Shown: positions 20,458 through 29,572 of the stretch, one piece after another
Layout: each line of letters begins with the position of its first letter
Position numbering within the stretch: the first letter of the stretch is position 1
Assembly: GCA_964428655.1 (NCBI GenBank)
Contig: CAYRYE010000001.1
Span: forward strand, 462,158 to 526,157
Direction of reading: 5' to 3'
DNA from: an uncultured Gammaproteobacteria bacterium
GTDB taxonomy: Bacteria > Patescibacteriota > Microgenomatia > UBA12405 > JAHJSD01
DNA length: 64,000 nt
Notes under the pieces: model-generated
Told to the model about the DNA's origin: nothing
Database searches by the model: none
Seen by the model: only the letters and a program-made list of their open reading frames with translations
Made by a program: the position numbers and the translations under genes

Positions 20458-20706
20458 TTATGATTCGGAGGAATCAGCCTCCTGTTGCTGCTTTAGCCCC
20501 CTTTGAAGTATAATCGTTCGCCCTCCTAAACAAGATGTAACGAACGGCTCACCTGACTCTATTGCTTCCGCTTGCAATTTCCTAAATCTTTTCATTTCCT
20601 CTGGCTTATCTGGGTCAAAAGATCTCGAACTATTAAAAAATCGTAAAGAAAATTCCGCCACAGCTCTTTCGAGTTCATTAAGACCATCTTCGGCACGATT
20701 TTCCAT
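20458..20706 (-). CDS. Hypothetical small protein (82 aa, acidic/helical)
   Basis: An ORF between the hydrolase and the 144-aa ORF on the same strand. No recognisable motif. Confidence 0.3.
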   Translation of the reverse strand: MENRAEDGLNELERAVAEFSLRFFNSSRSFDPDKPEEMKRFRKLQAEAIESGEPFVTSCLGGRTIILQRGLKQQQEADSSES

Positions 20707-20848
20707 ATAATCTCACCTCCTTGTATAGTAATTTCTATAATATTTAATAATCCTCATTCTATAAGCTATTAGATTAAAATTCAAGTGAATTTTGGAAGTA
20801 TTTTTCAAAGATACATTTCTCAATTCCCGCTTGACTCACCAAAACAGA

Positions 20849-23356
20849 TTATCTTCTTCCCACAAGCCCTTCCCAGGCAAAGAGGCGGGCGAGATATCCA
20901 TGCGGTTCAACAAAGGAGTAATTACTTTTTCCCCATTGGATCTTGACTTTGTCAATTAAATCTTTGCTGTAATTAACAGAAAGACCTTTTATTGTCGGTA
21001 CTTCTCTTTTTCTCCTTTTTGCTAATCTAATTAATCTCATTGCCAATGAATAATAACTTCTAGCCTGCCTATATTCTTGATAAGCACTATTCCGGGAAAT
21101 CATATTCTGTTCTTTAAGAACAACTTCCCATGCCAAGGTGATAATCTCCATTATCCTCTTAGCTTTATTGTACGGATTAATTTGCTGGCCATTAAAAGCT
21201 TTTCGGAAGCGAGCCAAATAATAAATTGACTTCTTCAAATCACCAACAGCATCACTCCAATTTTCCTCACTTATATTCTCAATAGCCTGGTTGAGATGAG
21301 TTAATGATTTTGCTAAGTAGCTATCACTGCTTTGTTGATAGAGGTTTTCAAGTAGTTCTTTGGCCTGATTTAAATGAATTGATCCACCTGGATCTACCAA
21401 TGGATCAGCTAGCGGATCGTCAAAATTAATATTAAATTCATAATGTTTCACCTCTTGATCTTGAATTTCATCTTCGTAAACTTGCCAAAAGTTTCCAGAA
21501 GGAGTAATTTGACCAAGATACAAATGATAAATGTCATCGTCAACCCCATTAATTTCTGCTTGATAAGTGCCTGTTTCAGGATCGGGAATAACTATAAATT
21601 GCAAATTTTCCGTTTCAGGGTTTGAGTCATTAACTTTAAGAGTTGCCGGTGAAGCAAGATAAAAAACTAGTAAATTATCTTCTGAATAGGCATTCGGGCC
21701 ACTGATCTCAATATTGCTTTTACCCAAAAGTTCTAATATTTCTTTGACAGCATTAGAGTCGCTGATTATCTGATGATGATTAAGAGAATACTCTAGATCG
21801 GAATTATAACCATTTTCTAAAAAAGCGCTTTTTTTCAAAACAGTACCATCACCAAAACCATTAATTGTCTTTATTGGCTGCCCATCAGGCCAAAGATCCA
21901 GTACTTCATGTATCAGCGATCGGTTTTTAACAACTAGCCATTCAGGGGTGGTTAAGCCTGTATTGCCAAGAATAAAATGCGAAAAAGAAAGAATATCAGC
22001 CTCTTGATTCAAGCGGGGGAGAAATTGATTCGAATAGCTAATATCTCCAACGGAAATATTGCGGCCATACTTTTCGATAAAGTCAAATGTGGGAATAATA
22101 TCATTTAAAACTGGAGTAATCTCTTTAATCAGGGCCGCATTTGTCTCAAAACCATCTTTGTGGATTTGCAAAAGTAATTGCATTGCTAACCAGCCAAGAT
22201 TAACCTTTTCGCCTACTTTTCCACCAACAATAGCGCTGTAGGCTTGAACGGCGCCATAATGGGGCGAACCGACGGCAATCAACTTATTAGTTTTTTTCTC
22301 CAGTTCATCATCATGATCTTGCGTCCATGTTCGCACAACTAGGCCGCCAAGGCTGTGGCCAACAAGATCTATTTTTTCCGCTGATTCCAGTTCGGGGGTA
22401 GAGTTAATGAACTGATTTAGGTCAACAGCTATCTCGGGAATTGGCTTACGCCAGTCATAATTCCAAACAAAGAGGTTTTCGTTCCTGGCATAACCATTGT
22501 TTCCCACTGTCTCGGCTAAACGATCATAAATATTGACAAAAGGTGTCATTTGCCATTGGTCAGCGCCAACACTCTCGCCATACACCATCGCTTCCGTATT
22601 CCAACTCCCTCCCAGCCCAGGAATGATAATTAGGGGGGGAGTTACTTCTACGCCATCAGCCATTATTCTTATGTGATCAACACTTAAACTTGACCACATA
22701 GCCGGCTCATACATTTTGAATGGGTTACCAACAGTAATTGTTGTAGGCATCCTATCGCTATTTTCTCTTTCAAAAATAGGGTTTTGATCTACAAAAACCG
22801 AATAGAGCGATCCACTTCTTATTATTTTCCAAATGTGATCATTTGTGTCATTATGGCTAATTACAAAAAATTCAGCATCGTTTGTATTTTGATTTATATT
22901 GTGATGATATTTTATTTTCAAACCTTTTCCGCTACTTGAGTCTTGCCATATATGCATATGGACCATCTTGGCGTTATTTTTTTTTGCATAATCAGACGAC
23001 GCTGGATAAGGCGGAATTAAATTTCCCAGTGTTATACCATTTCCCCAGTTATCAACTTTGTCATATTTAAATCTAATTTCGATCTCAAAATCACCCTCAA
23101 AATTTTCTGGGATTATATTGCTTGAAGAGAGAAATGGGAATTGGCTTGTTTCAGAACTAAGGTTCAACCAGCCATCAAGGACCGATACATTTTGACCGTA
23201 TACTTTCCACTTGTCTCTATCTAACTCATCGAAATTTTCCTCAAACAAATAAGAACTGGCAAAACTAGTTTCATTAAAGACAAAACATGTAACAACAACA
23301 AAAATGAGTTGCAGGATGATAAAATAAATCCCAGAAAGCATTTTTCTTATCAACAT
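20849..23356 (-). CDS. Secreted multidomain alpha/beta-hydrolase. N-terminal signal/anchor, ConA-like lectin/glucanase-type region, central LCAT-family-like lipase/acyltransferase domain, C-terminal helical region
   Basis: An N-terminal hydrophobic signal, then PLIIIPGLGGSW, WNYDWRKP and the nucleophile elbow LVGHSLGG about 40 residues after DWR. That arrangement matches lecithin:cholesterol acyltransferase (PF02450)-type hydrolases. The protein is 835 aa. Confidence 0.55.
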   Translation of the reverse strand: MLIRKMLSGIYFIILQLIFVVVTCFVFNETSFASSYLFEENFDELDRDKWKVYGQNVSVLDGWLNLSSETSQFPFLSSSNIIPENFEGDFEIEIRFKYDKVDNWGNGITLGNLIPPYPASSDYAKKNNAKMVHMHIWQDSSSGKGLKIKYHHNINQNTNDAEFFVISHNDTNDHIWKIIRSGSLYSVFVDQNPIFERENSDRMPTTITVGNPFKMYEPAMWSSLSVDHIRIMADGVEVTPPLIIIPGLGGSWNTEAMVYGESVGADQWQMTPFVNIYDRLAETVGNNGYARNENLFVWNYDWRKPIPEIAVDLNQFINSTPELESAEKIDLVGHSLGGLVVRTWTQDHDDELEKKTNKLIAVGSPHYGAVQAYSAIVGGKVGEKVNLGWLAMQLLLQIHKDGFETNAALIKEITPVLNDIIPTFDFIEKYGRNISVGDISYSNQFLPRLNQEADILSFSHFILGNTGLTTPEWLVVKNRSLIHEVLDLWPDGQPIKTINGFGDGTVLKKSAFLENGYNSDLEYSLNHHQIISDSNAVKEILELLGKSNIEISGPNAYSEDNLLVFYLASPATLKVNDSNPETENLQFIVIPDPETGTYQAEINGVDDDIYHLYLGQITPSGNFWQVYEDEIQDQEVKHYEFNINFDDPLADPLVDPGGSIHLNQAKELLENLYQQSSDSYLAKSLTHLNQAIENISEENWSDAVGDLKKSIYYLARFRKAFNGQQINPYNKAKRIMEIITLAWEVVLKEQNMISRNSAYQEYRQARSYYSLAMRLIRLAKRRKREVPTIKGLSVNYSKDLIDKVKIQWGKSNYSFVEPHGYLARLFAWEGLVGRR

Positions 23357-23406
23357 TATTAAGTGATAACATAGTTTTGATTATGTAGTCAAGAATTTTC
23401 AGAAAT

Positions 23407-24558
23407 ATGAAACTAGCCTTATTTCACAACTTGCCAACTGGTGGAGCGAAAAGATTACTCTATGACATTATAAAAGAATTCATAAGGGGAAAGAGCAAAA
23501 TTGATGTTTATAGTTACCCCAGATTTTATGATTCTGTGCTTGAATCACCGCTTATGGTTTCTCCCAATAAATATGTGGATTTACCCTGGCTCACGCCCAA
23601 ATCTCCCCCAGAATATCTAGAATATGTACTCCTCAATAAATACAAAAGATTATGCAGGGAACTGTCTAAGAAGATAGATAGGCAAGGCTATGATTGGGCA
23701 ATTCTAGCGGGTGATTGGATTACACACACATCAACTCTTTCCAACTTCTTATCAACACCATGTTTACTCCTGGCCCACGAATTAAAAAGAGAATTTTATG
23801 AAAAAACAGAGTGGGGATTACACAAAATTATAAAGCAAAGTCTTTGGAAAAGCTTAACTCTAAAGATAAAAAAAATGGAAATAGAAAATTTGAATAACGC
23901 AGAGTTAATAGTGGTAAATTCTTTGTTCTCATGGAGGAAATTTGAAAAAGTAGTAGTTGATAGAAACAAACTGGAGCTAATTTACCCATTTATTGATCCA
24001 AAGTTTCTCTATAACACTCACAAGGATTTTCAAGATAGAGATAACTTTTTCTTATCTGTGGGTTCATTTTCCCTTTTAAAAGGCTACGATTTTTTAATTC
24101 AAGCCATAAGCATGCTTCCATTAAATGTGCGTTTTCCCTTATATCTGGTGGGAAGCGAGGGACCACATATAGAAAAGATATTGAGGCTTTCCAAAAATCT
24201 AAACGTAACAGTAGTAATAAAAAGCGCTATTCCTGACACAGAATTACGTAACTTGTACAAAAAGAGTAAGGCTTTCTTTTTTTTCCCCAGAAGCGAACCC
24301 TTTGGTTTAGCTGCCCTGGAGGCCTTGTCTATGAATTGCAAAGTGTTTGCCGTAAATGAGGGTGGATTTACTGAACTGACAAAGAAAAGTGAGAATTGTA
24401 CGTTGCTTCCTAGAAACTTAAAAATTTTTACTAGAGAGCTAAGAGATTATCTTCAAAATTCCAGCATTGCGAGTGATGTCAATTACATAAATATGATAAA
24501 AAATAAGTATAATGTTAAGCATTATGTAGACAAACTAATGGGCGTCATGAGAAAATGA
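23407..24558 (+). CDS. Glycosyltransferase family 1 (GT4)
   Basis: The C-terminal motif FFFPRSEPFGLAALEALSMNCKVFA is a GT4 signature. Confidence 0.7.
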   Translation: MKLALFHNLPTGGAKRLLYDIIKEFIRGKSKIDVYSYPRFYDSVLESPLMVSPNKYVDLPWLTPKSPPEYLEYVLLNKYKRLCRELSKKIDRQGYDWAILAGDWITHTSTLSNFLSTPCLLLAHELKREFYEKTEWGLHKIIKQSLWKSLTLKIKKMEIENLNNAELIVVNSLFSWRKFEKVVVDRNKLELIYPFIDPKFLYNTHKDFQDRDNFFLSVGSFSLLKGYDFLIQAISMLPLNVRFPLYLVGSEGPHIEKILRLSKNLNVTVVIKSAIPDTELRNLYKKSKAFFFFPRSEPFGLAALEALSMNCKVFAVNEGGFTELTKKSENCTLLPRNLKIFTRELRDYLQNSSIASDVNYINMIKNKYNVKHYVDKLMGVMRK

Positions 24559-25328
24559 AAATATCGAGCGTTATTCTAACCAGGAATGAAGAAAAAAATA
24601 TCAACAGATGTTTGGATAGTGTAAAAAAATGGTGTGATGAGATTATTGTTATTGATGACAATTCGAAAGATGAAACGGTAAATATAGCTCGAAGTAGGGG
24701 GGTGAAGGTTTTCGAAAGAAAACTAGACAATGATTTTGCTTCACAGAGAAACTTTGGACTACAGAAAGCAAAAGGAGAATGGGCTTTATTCTTGGATGCT
24801 GATGAAGTAGTCTCCCCTTCTCTTGCCAGAGATATTGTGCGACGCGTAAAACAGACAGATTGTGATGGTTTTTTTATCCCTCGCCGCGAGGTCTTTGCAA
24901 ACAAAGTTCTCCACTGTGCCGACAAGCCTGCTTGCGATTGGTCGCTTGGCCCAATCAAATTACTTCGACTAGCTAAAAAGGGAGGTGGAAAATGGCACGG
25001 CAAAGTCCACGAAAAATGGAAAATTAAAGGGAAAATAAGCAAATTGAAAAAGCCTCTCTATCATTATTCTTTCTCGGACATAACTACTGCTCTCCGAAAG
25101 ATTAATTTTTACACCTCAATTCAGGCCAAACAATGGCTTAAAGAAAAGAAAACTGTTGTTTGGTATCAGATTATTATTTACCCTCTAGGAAAACTGTTAA
25201 AGAATTTTATTTGGCACCAAGGATTTCTTGATGGTACAAGCGGGTTTATTTTTTGTTTACTAATGAGCCTGCACTCATTTCTGGCCCGAGCTAAGCTGTG
25301 GCATCTTCAAAATAATCAAGGAAGATAG
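24555..25328 (+). CDS. Glycosyltransferase family 2 (LPS-core/KdtX-like small GT2)
   Basis: ISSVILTRNEEKNINRCLDSV...IIVIDDNSKDET and LFLDADE (the DxD region) are GT2 signatures. Confidence 0.75.
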   Translation: MKISSVILTRNEEKNINRCLDSVKKWCDEIIVIDDNSKDETVNIARSRGVKVFERKLDNDFASQRNFGLQKAKGEWALFLDADEVVSPSLARDIVRRVKQTDCDGFFIPRREVFANKVLHCADKPACDWSLGPIKLLRLAKKGGGKWHGKVHEKWKIKGKISKLKKPLYHYSFSDITTALRKINFYTSIQAKQWLKEKKTVVWYQIIIYPLGKLLKNFIWHQGFLDGTSGFIFCLLMSLHSFLARAKLWHLQNNQGR

Positions 25329-26035
25329 GTAATAGTAAATTTTTCTCTTGTTTCATTACCTGCTTTATCTTGGCTAACTACTGTTATCTCATTGCCCCCT
25401 TCTTTCAGAGTAACCCTAGTAGAAAATCTACCCTCTTCATCAACAACAACTACATGCTCATTAACTAAAATTCTGGCTCCAGGCTCAGTTTCTCCTTTAA
25501 CATCAATTGTTTGTTCCTCCACATAATTTTTATCACTCGGAGTTTCTATCTTTAATTCTGGCTCCTGGGTATCGTAAAGAATCTCAAATGACTTAGTGGT
25601 TTCACTTTGATTCCCACTCTGATCTTCGGCCCAAACTAAAACGGTATTAACTCCGGTATTTAAAACTAGCCGCTTAAGCAGAAAATTGCCCTCCTCATCT
25701 GATTCAGTACTAATTTCCTCATTGTTAAACCTGATCTTTACTTGAACTTTAGGTTCAGTGAAACCAGAAATGGGCAAAGTGGCACTATTTGTCGCCTCAG
25801 GGATGTAAGAGAAACGAGGAACAGGAGGGGGGATTGTGTCCTCTTCAACAATCGCTTCTTTTTCCGACTTCAAATCACCTAAAATCCCAACCACTTTCAC
25901 GAAAAACGGAACTCCCCAAACAATAATTACTATCCCTAAGATAATAGTCAGCAAGCCAAAAACGGCGGCTCTGCGCTTAATTTTCTCTTCCTCTGGTAAG
26001 CTGCTCTGAACCCGGAATGTCTTTTTCCTACTCAT
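25316..26035 (-). CDS. Membrane-anchored protein with a beta-rich (Ig-like) extracytoplasmic region
   Basis: One N-terminal transmembrane segment (LLTIILGIVIIVWGVPFF) and repeated beta-strand-like segments (TVLVWAEDQSGNQSE, EITVVSQDKAGNE). Confidence 0.35.
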   Translation of the reverse strand: MSRKKTFRVQSSLPEEEKIKRRAAVFGLLTIILGIVIIVWGVPFFVKVVGILGDLKSEKEAIVEEDTIPPPVPRFSYIPEATNSATLPISGFTEPKVQVKIRFNNEEISTESDEEGNFLLKRLVLNTGVNTVLVWAEDQSGNQSETTKSFEILYDTQEPELKIETPSDKNYVEEQTIDVKGETEPGARILVNEHVVVVDEEGRFSTRVTLKEGGNEITVVSQDKAGNETREKFTITYLP

Positions 26036-26098
26036 TTTTGAGCTAATTCCTGTTTAGCCCGCTCAATTCTATCAAAAAGATGAAAAAGACACAACTTG

Positions 26099-26170
26099 GG
26101 CCAGCGAGAGGAATCGAACCCCCAACCTCTTCCTTACGAAGGAATTGCTCTGCCGTTGAGCTACGCTGGC
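26099..26170 (-). tRNA. tRNA-Thr (anticodon CGT)
   Basis: The reverse complement folds as GCCAGCG-TA-GCTCAACGGCAGAGC, anticodon loop TTCGTAA, T-arm GGGGGTTCGATTCC and acceptor 3' CGCTGGC. Confidence 0.75.
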
Positions 26171-26175
26171 AAAGG

Positions 26176-26246
26176 AGCGACCAGCGGGAATCGAACCCGC
26201 ATTTTCACCTTGGGAAGGTGATGTTGGGCCATTCAACTATGGTCGC
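26176..26246 (-). tRNA. tRNA-Gly (anticodon CCC)
   Basis: The reverse complement is GCGACCA...anticodon loop TTCCCAA...GCGGGTTCGATTCCCGC...TGGTCGC. Confidence 0.75.
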
Positions 26247-26334
26247 AGCTTATGTAAATCTCAACCAAATTACCTTCGCAAATTTACAGGATAAAATCCG
26301 GTGATGTTGAACCGATCAACTAATCCCGCACCGT

Positions 26335-26928
26335 CTATCTAGGAATTTTAAGTTCTTGCCCAGGAAAAATCAAATTTGGATTACTAATCTTATCTCTGTT
26401 GACACTCCAGATTTCCGGCCACTCATATAAATCATCATAAGCTCTCTGAGCAATCTTACTTAGAGAATCTCCCTCCTTCACAGTGTACTGATCCCCACTA
26501 ATGGTCGTCTCGTCGATTCCCGTCCTGGGCAGCTCAGCAATGGTCCTCTCTTTAAACTCCACATTAGGAATTTTCAATTCCTGTCCTTCAAAAATAACAT
26601 CCGGGCTTCTTAAATTATTTTCCTTGGCAATGTCAACCCAATTGTATCCGGAATTAAAATATCTTTCAGCTATGCCCCAAAGATTTTCACCCTTGACTAT
26701 TTTATGAACAATAGGCAGGCTAACTTCAGCCTCTTTTTCTTCCGCAGTAGCTTCCAGCTCGGCTTGAATTCCTTTTTCGGTAACAACTTCTTTATTCTGG
26801 AAATATCGGTAAGCTAAACCACCAACAACCAAAACGACTAGAATTCCCATTACCATACTAATCATCTGCTCAGAGTTTTTAAACTTAGTTATTAATCCTC
26901 CTACTTCTGGTCCTTTTTTATTAGCCAC
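26335..26928 (-). CDS. LysM-domain peptidoglycan-binding protein (N-terminal transmembrane segment, two LysM repeats)
   Basis: Two LysM-like repeats are present (IVKGENLWGIAERYF...IFEGQELKIP, and YTVKEGDSLSKIAQRAY...IFPGQELKIP). The tracked ORF (to 27045) overlaps tRNA-Asp. A GTG at 26928 with a GGAGGTG Shine-Dalgarno 6 nt upstream is the more likely start. Confidence 0.65.
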   Translation of the reverse strand: MANKKGPEVGGLITKFKNSEQMISMVMGILVVLVVGGLAYRYFQNKEVVTEKGIQAELEATAEEKEAEVSLPIVHKIVKGENLWGIAERYFNSGYNWVDIAKENNLRSPDVIFEGQELKIPNVEFKERTIAELPRTGIDETTISGDQYTVKEGDSLSKIAQRAYDDLYEWPEIWSVNRDKISNPNLIFPGQELKIPR

Positions 26929-26985
26929 TATTTTCACCTCCTTTCGGGCAGGAAGATTTGGGGGGCAGTAAAAACAACAGGCAAG

Positions 26986-27060
26986 GCGGGGCCAACGGGA
27001 CTCGAACCCGCAGCCTTCCGCGTGACAGGCGGATGCTCTAACCAAATTGAGCTATGACCC
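26986..27060 (-). tRNA. tRNA-Asp (anticodon GTC)
   Basis: The reverse complement is GGGGTCATAGCTCAATTTGGTTAGAGC...anticodon loop CTGTCAC...GCGGGTTCGAGTCCCGT...TGGCCCCG. Confidence 0.85.
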
Positions 27061-27116
27061 CAAGATAAAATTTAACTTTATAGGTTTTAATTTCTGAACT
27101 CAATATTAACAAAAAT

Positions 27117-28928
27117 ATGCTATCATTGCAATTAGTGAGAACTTCAAAGAATATGGCCAATGAGAAATTAGTTGGACTTCTGAAGGCAGTATCTGCCGCC
27201 TATCAAATAAAAGATGAAAAGGCTAACAGATTTAGAATTATTGCTTATGATCGGGCAGCGGCAGCAATAGAACATCTTACTTCTGAAATTAAAGATCTTT
27301 GGGACGACAATAAACTCAACACTATTCCCAGCGTTGGTAGTGGTATCGCGCAGCATCTAGACGAGCTGTTTAGAACTGGCAAAGTAAAACATTTTAATCA
27401 AGTGCTTTCCGCTCTCCCGCCAGCAATGTTTGAGTTTTTAAATATAAGAGGAATTGGGGCCAAAACAGCTTATAAGCTCTGCCGAAAAATAGGAATTATT
27501 AGTGTTAAAAATGCTCTCGGGAGATTAAAAAAAGCTGCCGAGCAAAATAAGATCGGAAAACTGCCCGGTTTTGGTGAAAACTCTGAAGCGAGAATTTTAA
27601 AATCGATTGAGGAGTATGAAAAAACTGGCGAAAAAAAGAAAAGAATGCTCCTTCCTTGCGCTCATTCCCTAGCTAAAGAAATCTTAGAATACCTCCTTAA
27701 TAGTCCAAATGCTAAGAAGGCTGATCTCTTAGGCAGCCTGCGTCGTCAGACAGCAACTGTTGGTGATGTTGATATCGCCGTCAACAGCAGTAAGCCTCGA
27801 GAAATAATAGACCTTTTTATTGAGTTTCCCAAGGTTAAGAGAGTTTTGGAATCGGGTGAAAAAGGGGCTACGGTATTATTAAATTCCGGGCACGAAATAA
27901 ATCTTAGGGTCCAATCATCAGCCTCTTATGGGGCCTTATTACAGCATTACACTGGTTCAAAACACCACAACATTCATTTAAGAAAGCTCGCTAATAAAAA
28001 TGGTTGCAGCCTTTCCGAGTATGGAATCAGAGAAATCAAAGCTAAAAAATTGCATAAATTTAAAGATGAAGCTAGTTTTTACCAATTTCTGGGTCTTGAT
28101 TGGATACCGCCCGAATTAAGAGAAGATAATGGCGAAATAGAAGCGGCTCAAAAACAACAACTACCTAATTTAATAAGTCTTGGCGATATAAAAGGCGACC
28201 TTCATATTCATTCAGATTTTAATACCGAACCAAGCCATGATCTCGGTAAAGATTCAATGAATGACATTGTGAAAAAGTGCGTGAAATTAGGATATCGATT
28301 TTTAGCCTTTGCTGAACATAATCCCAGTTTTAGCCGGCACTCTGAAAAGGAAACCATATCCATTTTGAAAAGAAAAAGAGATTATGTCAGGCAAAGGGCA
28401 ATTTATTGGAAAAAAGAATTCAACATTAATGTCTTAAATAGCCTGGAAATAAATATTAAACCGGACGGCAGTTTGGCAATGCCCGAAAAAGGTTTTAAAT
28501 ATCTGGATTTTGCCATTGTCTCCATTCACACTGTTTTTAACCTCTCCAGGGAAAAAATGACCCGGAGAATTATTAAAGCATTGAATCATCCCAAGGTAAA
28601 AATCTTGGCCCACCCTACAGGAAGAAAAATTGGCCAAAGAGAAAGTTACGAGGTCGATTGGGATAAATTATTTGATTTTTGTAAAAAAAGGAATAAGATT
28701 TTAGAAATTAACAGCTGTCCCAACCGTCTGGATTTACCTGATGTTTTAATCAAAGAAGCTGTGAGAAATGGCGTAAAAGTTACAGTTAACAGCGACGCTC
28801 ACGCTTTTGACCAATTGGATTTTATGAAATATGGAGTTTCTAATGCTAGGAGAGGCTGGGCAGAGGCAAAAGATATAATCAACACTTTTTCATTCAAAAA
28901 GTTGTCCAAAATTCTAGGAGTTGATTAG
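27117..28928 (+). CDS. DNA polymerase X family protein (Pol-beta-like nucleotidyltransferase core plus C-terminal PHP phosphoesterase domain)
   Basis: The N-terminal helix-hairpin-helix/8-kDa-like region (KANRFRIIAYDRAA), palm region (GDVDIAV) and C-terminal PHP-type His motifs (HIHSDF, AEHNP, NSDAH) fit the PolX layout. Confidence 0.7.
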   Translation: MLSLQLVRTSKNMANEKLVGLLKAVSAAYQIKDEKANRFRIIAYDRAAAAIEHLTSEIKDLWDDNKLNTIPSVGSGIAQHLDELFRTGKVKHFNQVLSALPPAMFEFLNIRGIGAKTAYKLCRKIGIISVKNALGRLKKAAEQNKIGKLPGFGENSEARILKSIEEYEKTGEKKKRMLLPCAHSLAKEILEYLLNSPNAKKADLLGSLRRQTATVGDVDIAVNSSKPREIIDLFIEFPKVKRVLESGEKGATVLLNSGHEINLRVQSSASYGALLQHYTGSKHHNIHLRKLANKNGCSLSEYGIREIKAKKLHKFKDEASFYQFLGLDWIPPELREDNGEIEAAQKQQLPNLISLGDIKGDLHIHSDFNTEPSHDLGKDSMNDIVKKCVKLGYRFLAFAEHNPSFSRHSEKETISILKRKRDYVRQRAIYWKKEFNINVLNSLEINIKPDGSLAMPEKGFKYLDFAIVSIHTVFNLSREKMTRRIIKALNHPKVKILAHPTGRKIGQRESYEVDWDKLFDFCKKRNKILEINSCPNRLDLPDVLIKEAVRNGVKVTVNSDAHAFDQLDFMKYGVSNARRGWAEAKDIINTFSFKKLSKILGVD

Positions 28929-28984
28929 GGAATATTTTAAGGGTAGAATAACAATTATTAATTATTTTTTAAAAAGGAGTTAAA

Positions 28985-29572
28985 ATGATGTTTCCAATTA
29001 TCGCTATCCTAGTTGTTATCGTTGGTTATGCTATTGTTATCTACAATAATTTACAAACTATCAAAACAAGAATAAAGGCTTCGATTCAGGAGATTGGCAA
29101 TCAACTCAAGAGGCAAACGGAACTAATTCCCAATCTAGTGGAATCAGTTAAAGGTTATATTAAACACGAGAAGGGAATTTTTACCCAATTAACTGATGCA
29201 AGAAAAACTATCACTGAGGCAGTCAAATCAGGCAGTACTGAAAAAATGGTTGCCGCTCAAGAATTAATTCAAAAGGCGCTCAGCTCCCTAAAAATAATTG
29301 TTGAGAGCAATCCTGAAATCCAAGCGTCGGGAATAGTTAACAAATTGATGGATGAATTAAGAGACACAGCCGATAAAGTCATGTATGCCAGGAGAACTTT
29401 AATTGATTTGGCGGCCGATTATAATAGAATCCTGGTAACTATTCCGAGTAATTTTGTTGCTAAAATATTCGGTTTTAAACCAGAAAAGGGTTTAGGCGCA
29501 GCCACAGAAGGAGCTCATTTAGAAGTAAGTTCAGAAGAAACAAAAGCGCCAAAAGTAAAGTTAGATGCTTAA
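28985..29572 (+). CDS. lemA: LemA family protein
   Basis: An N-terminal transmembrane segment, then YNNLQTIKTRIKASIQEIGNQLKRQTELIPNLVE, typical of LemA. A GGAG Shine-Dalgarno precedes the start. Confidence 0.8.
   Translation: MMFPIIAILVVIVGYAIVIYNNLQTIKTRIKASIQEIGNQLKRQTELIPNLVESVKGYIKHEKGIFTQLTDARKTITEAVKSGSTEKMVAAQELIQKALSSLKIIVESNPEIQASGIVNKLMDELRDTADKVMYARRTLIDLAADYNRILVTIPSNFVAKIFGFKPEKGLGAATEGAHLEVSSEETKAPKVKLDA

Noticed and set aside
26080-26304. 74-aa plus-strand ORF
   Set aside because: It lies antisense over tRNA-Thr and tRNA-Gly, so it is a spurious frame created by the GC-rich tRNA sequence.
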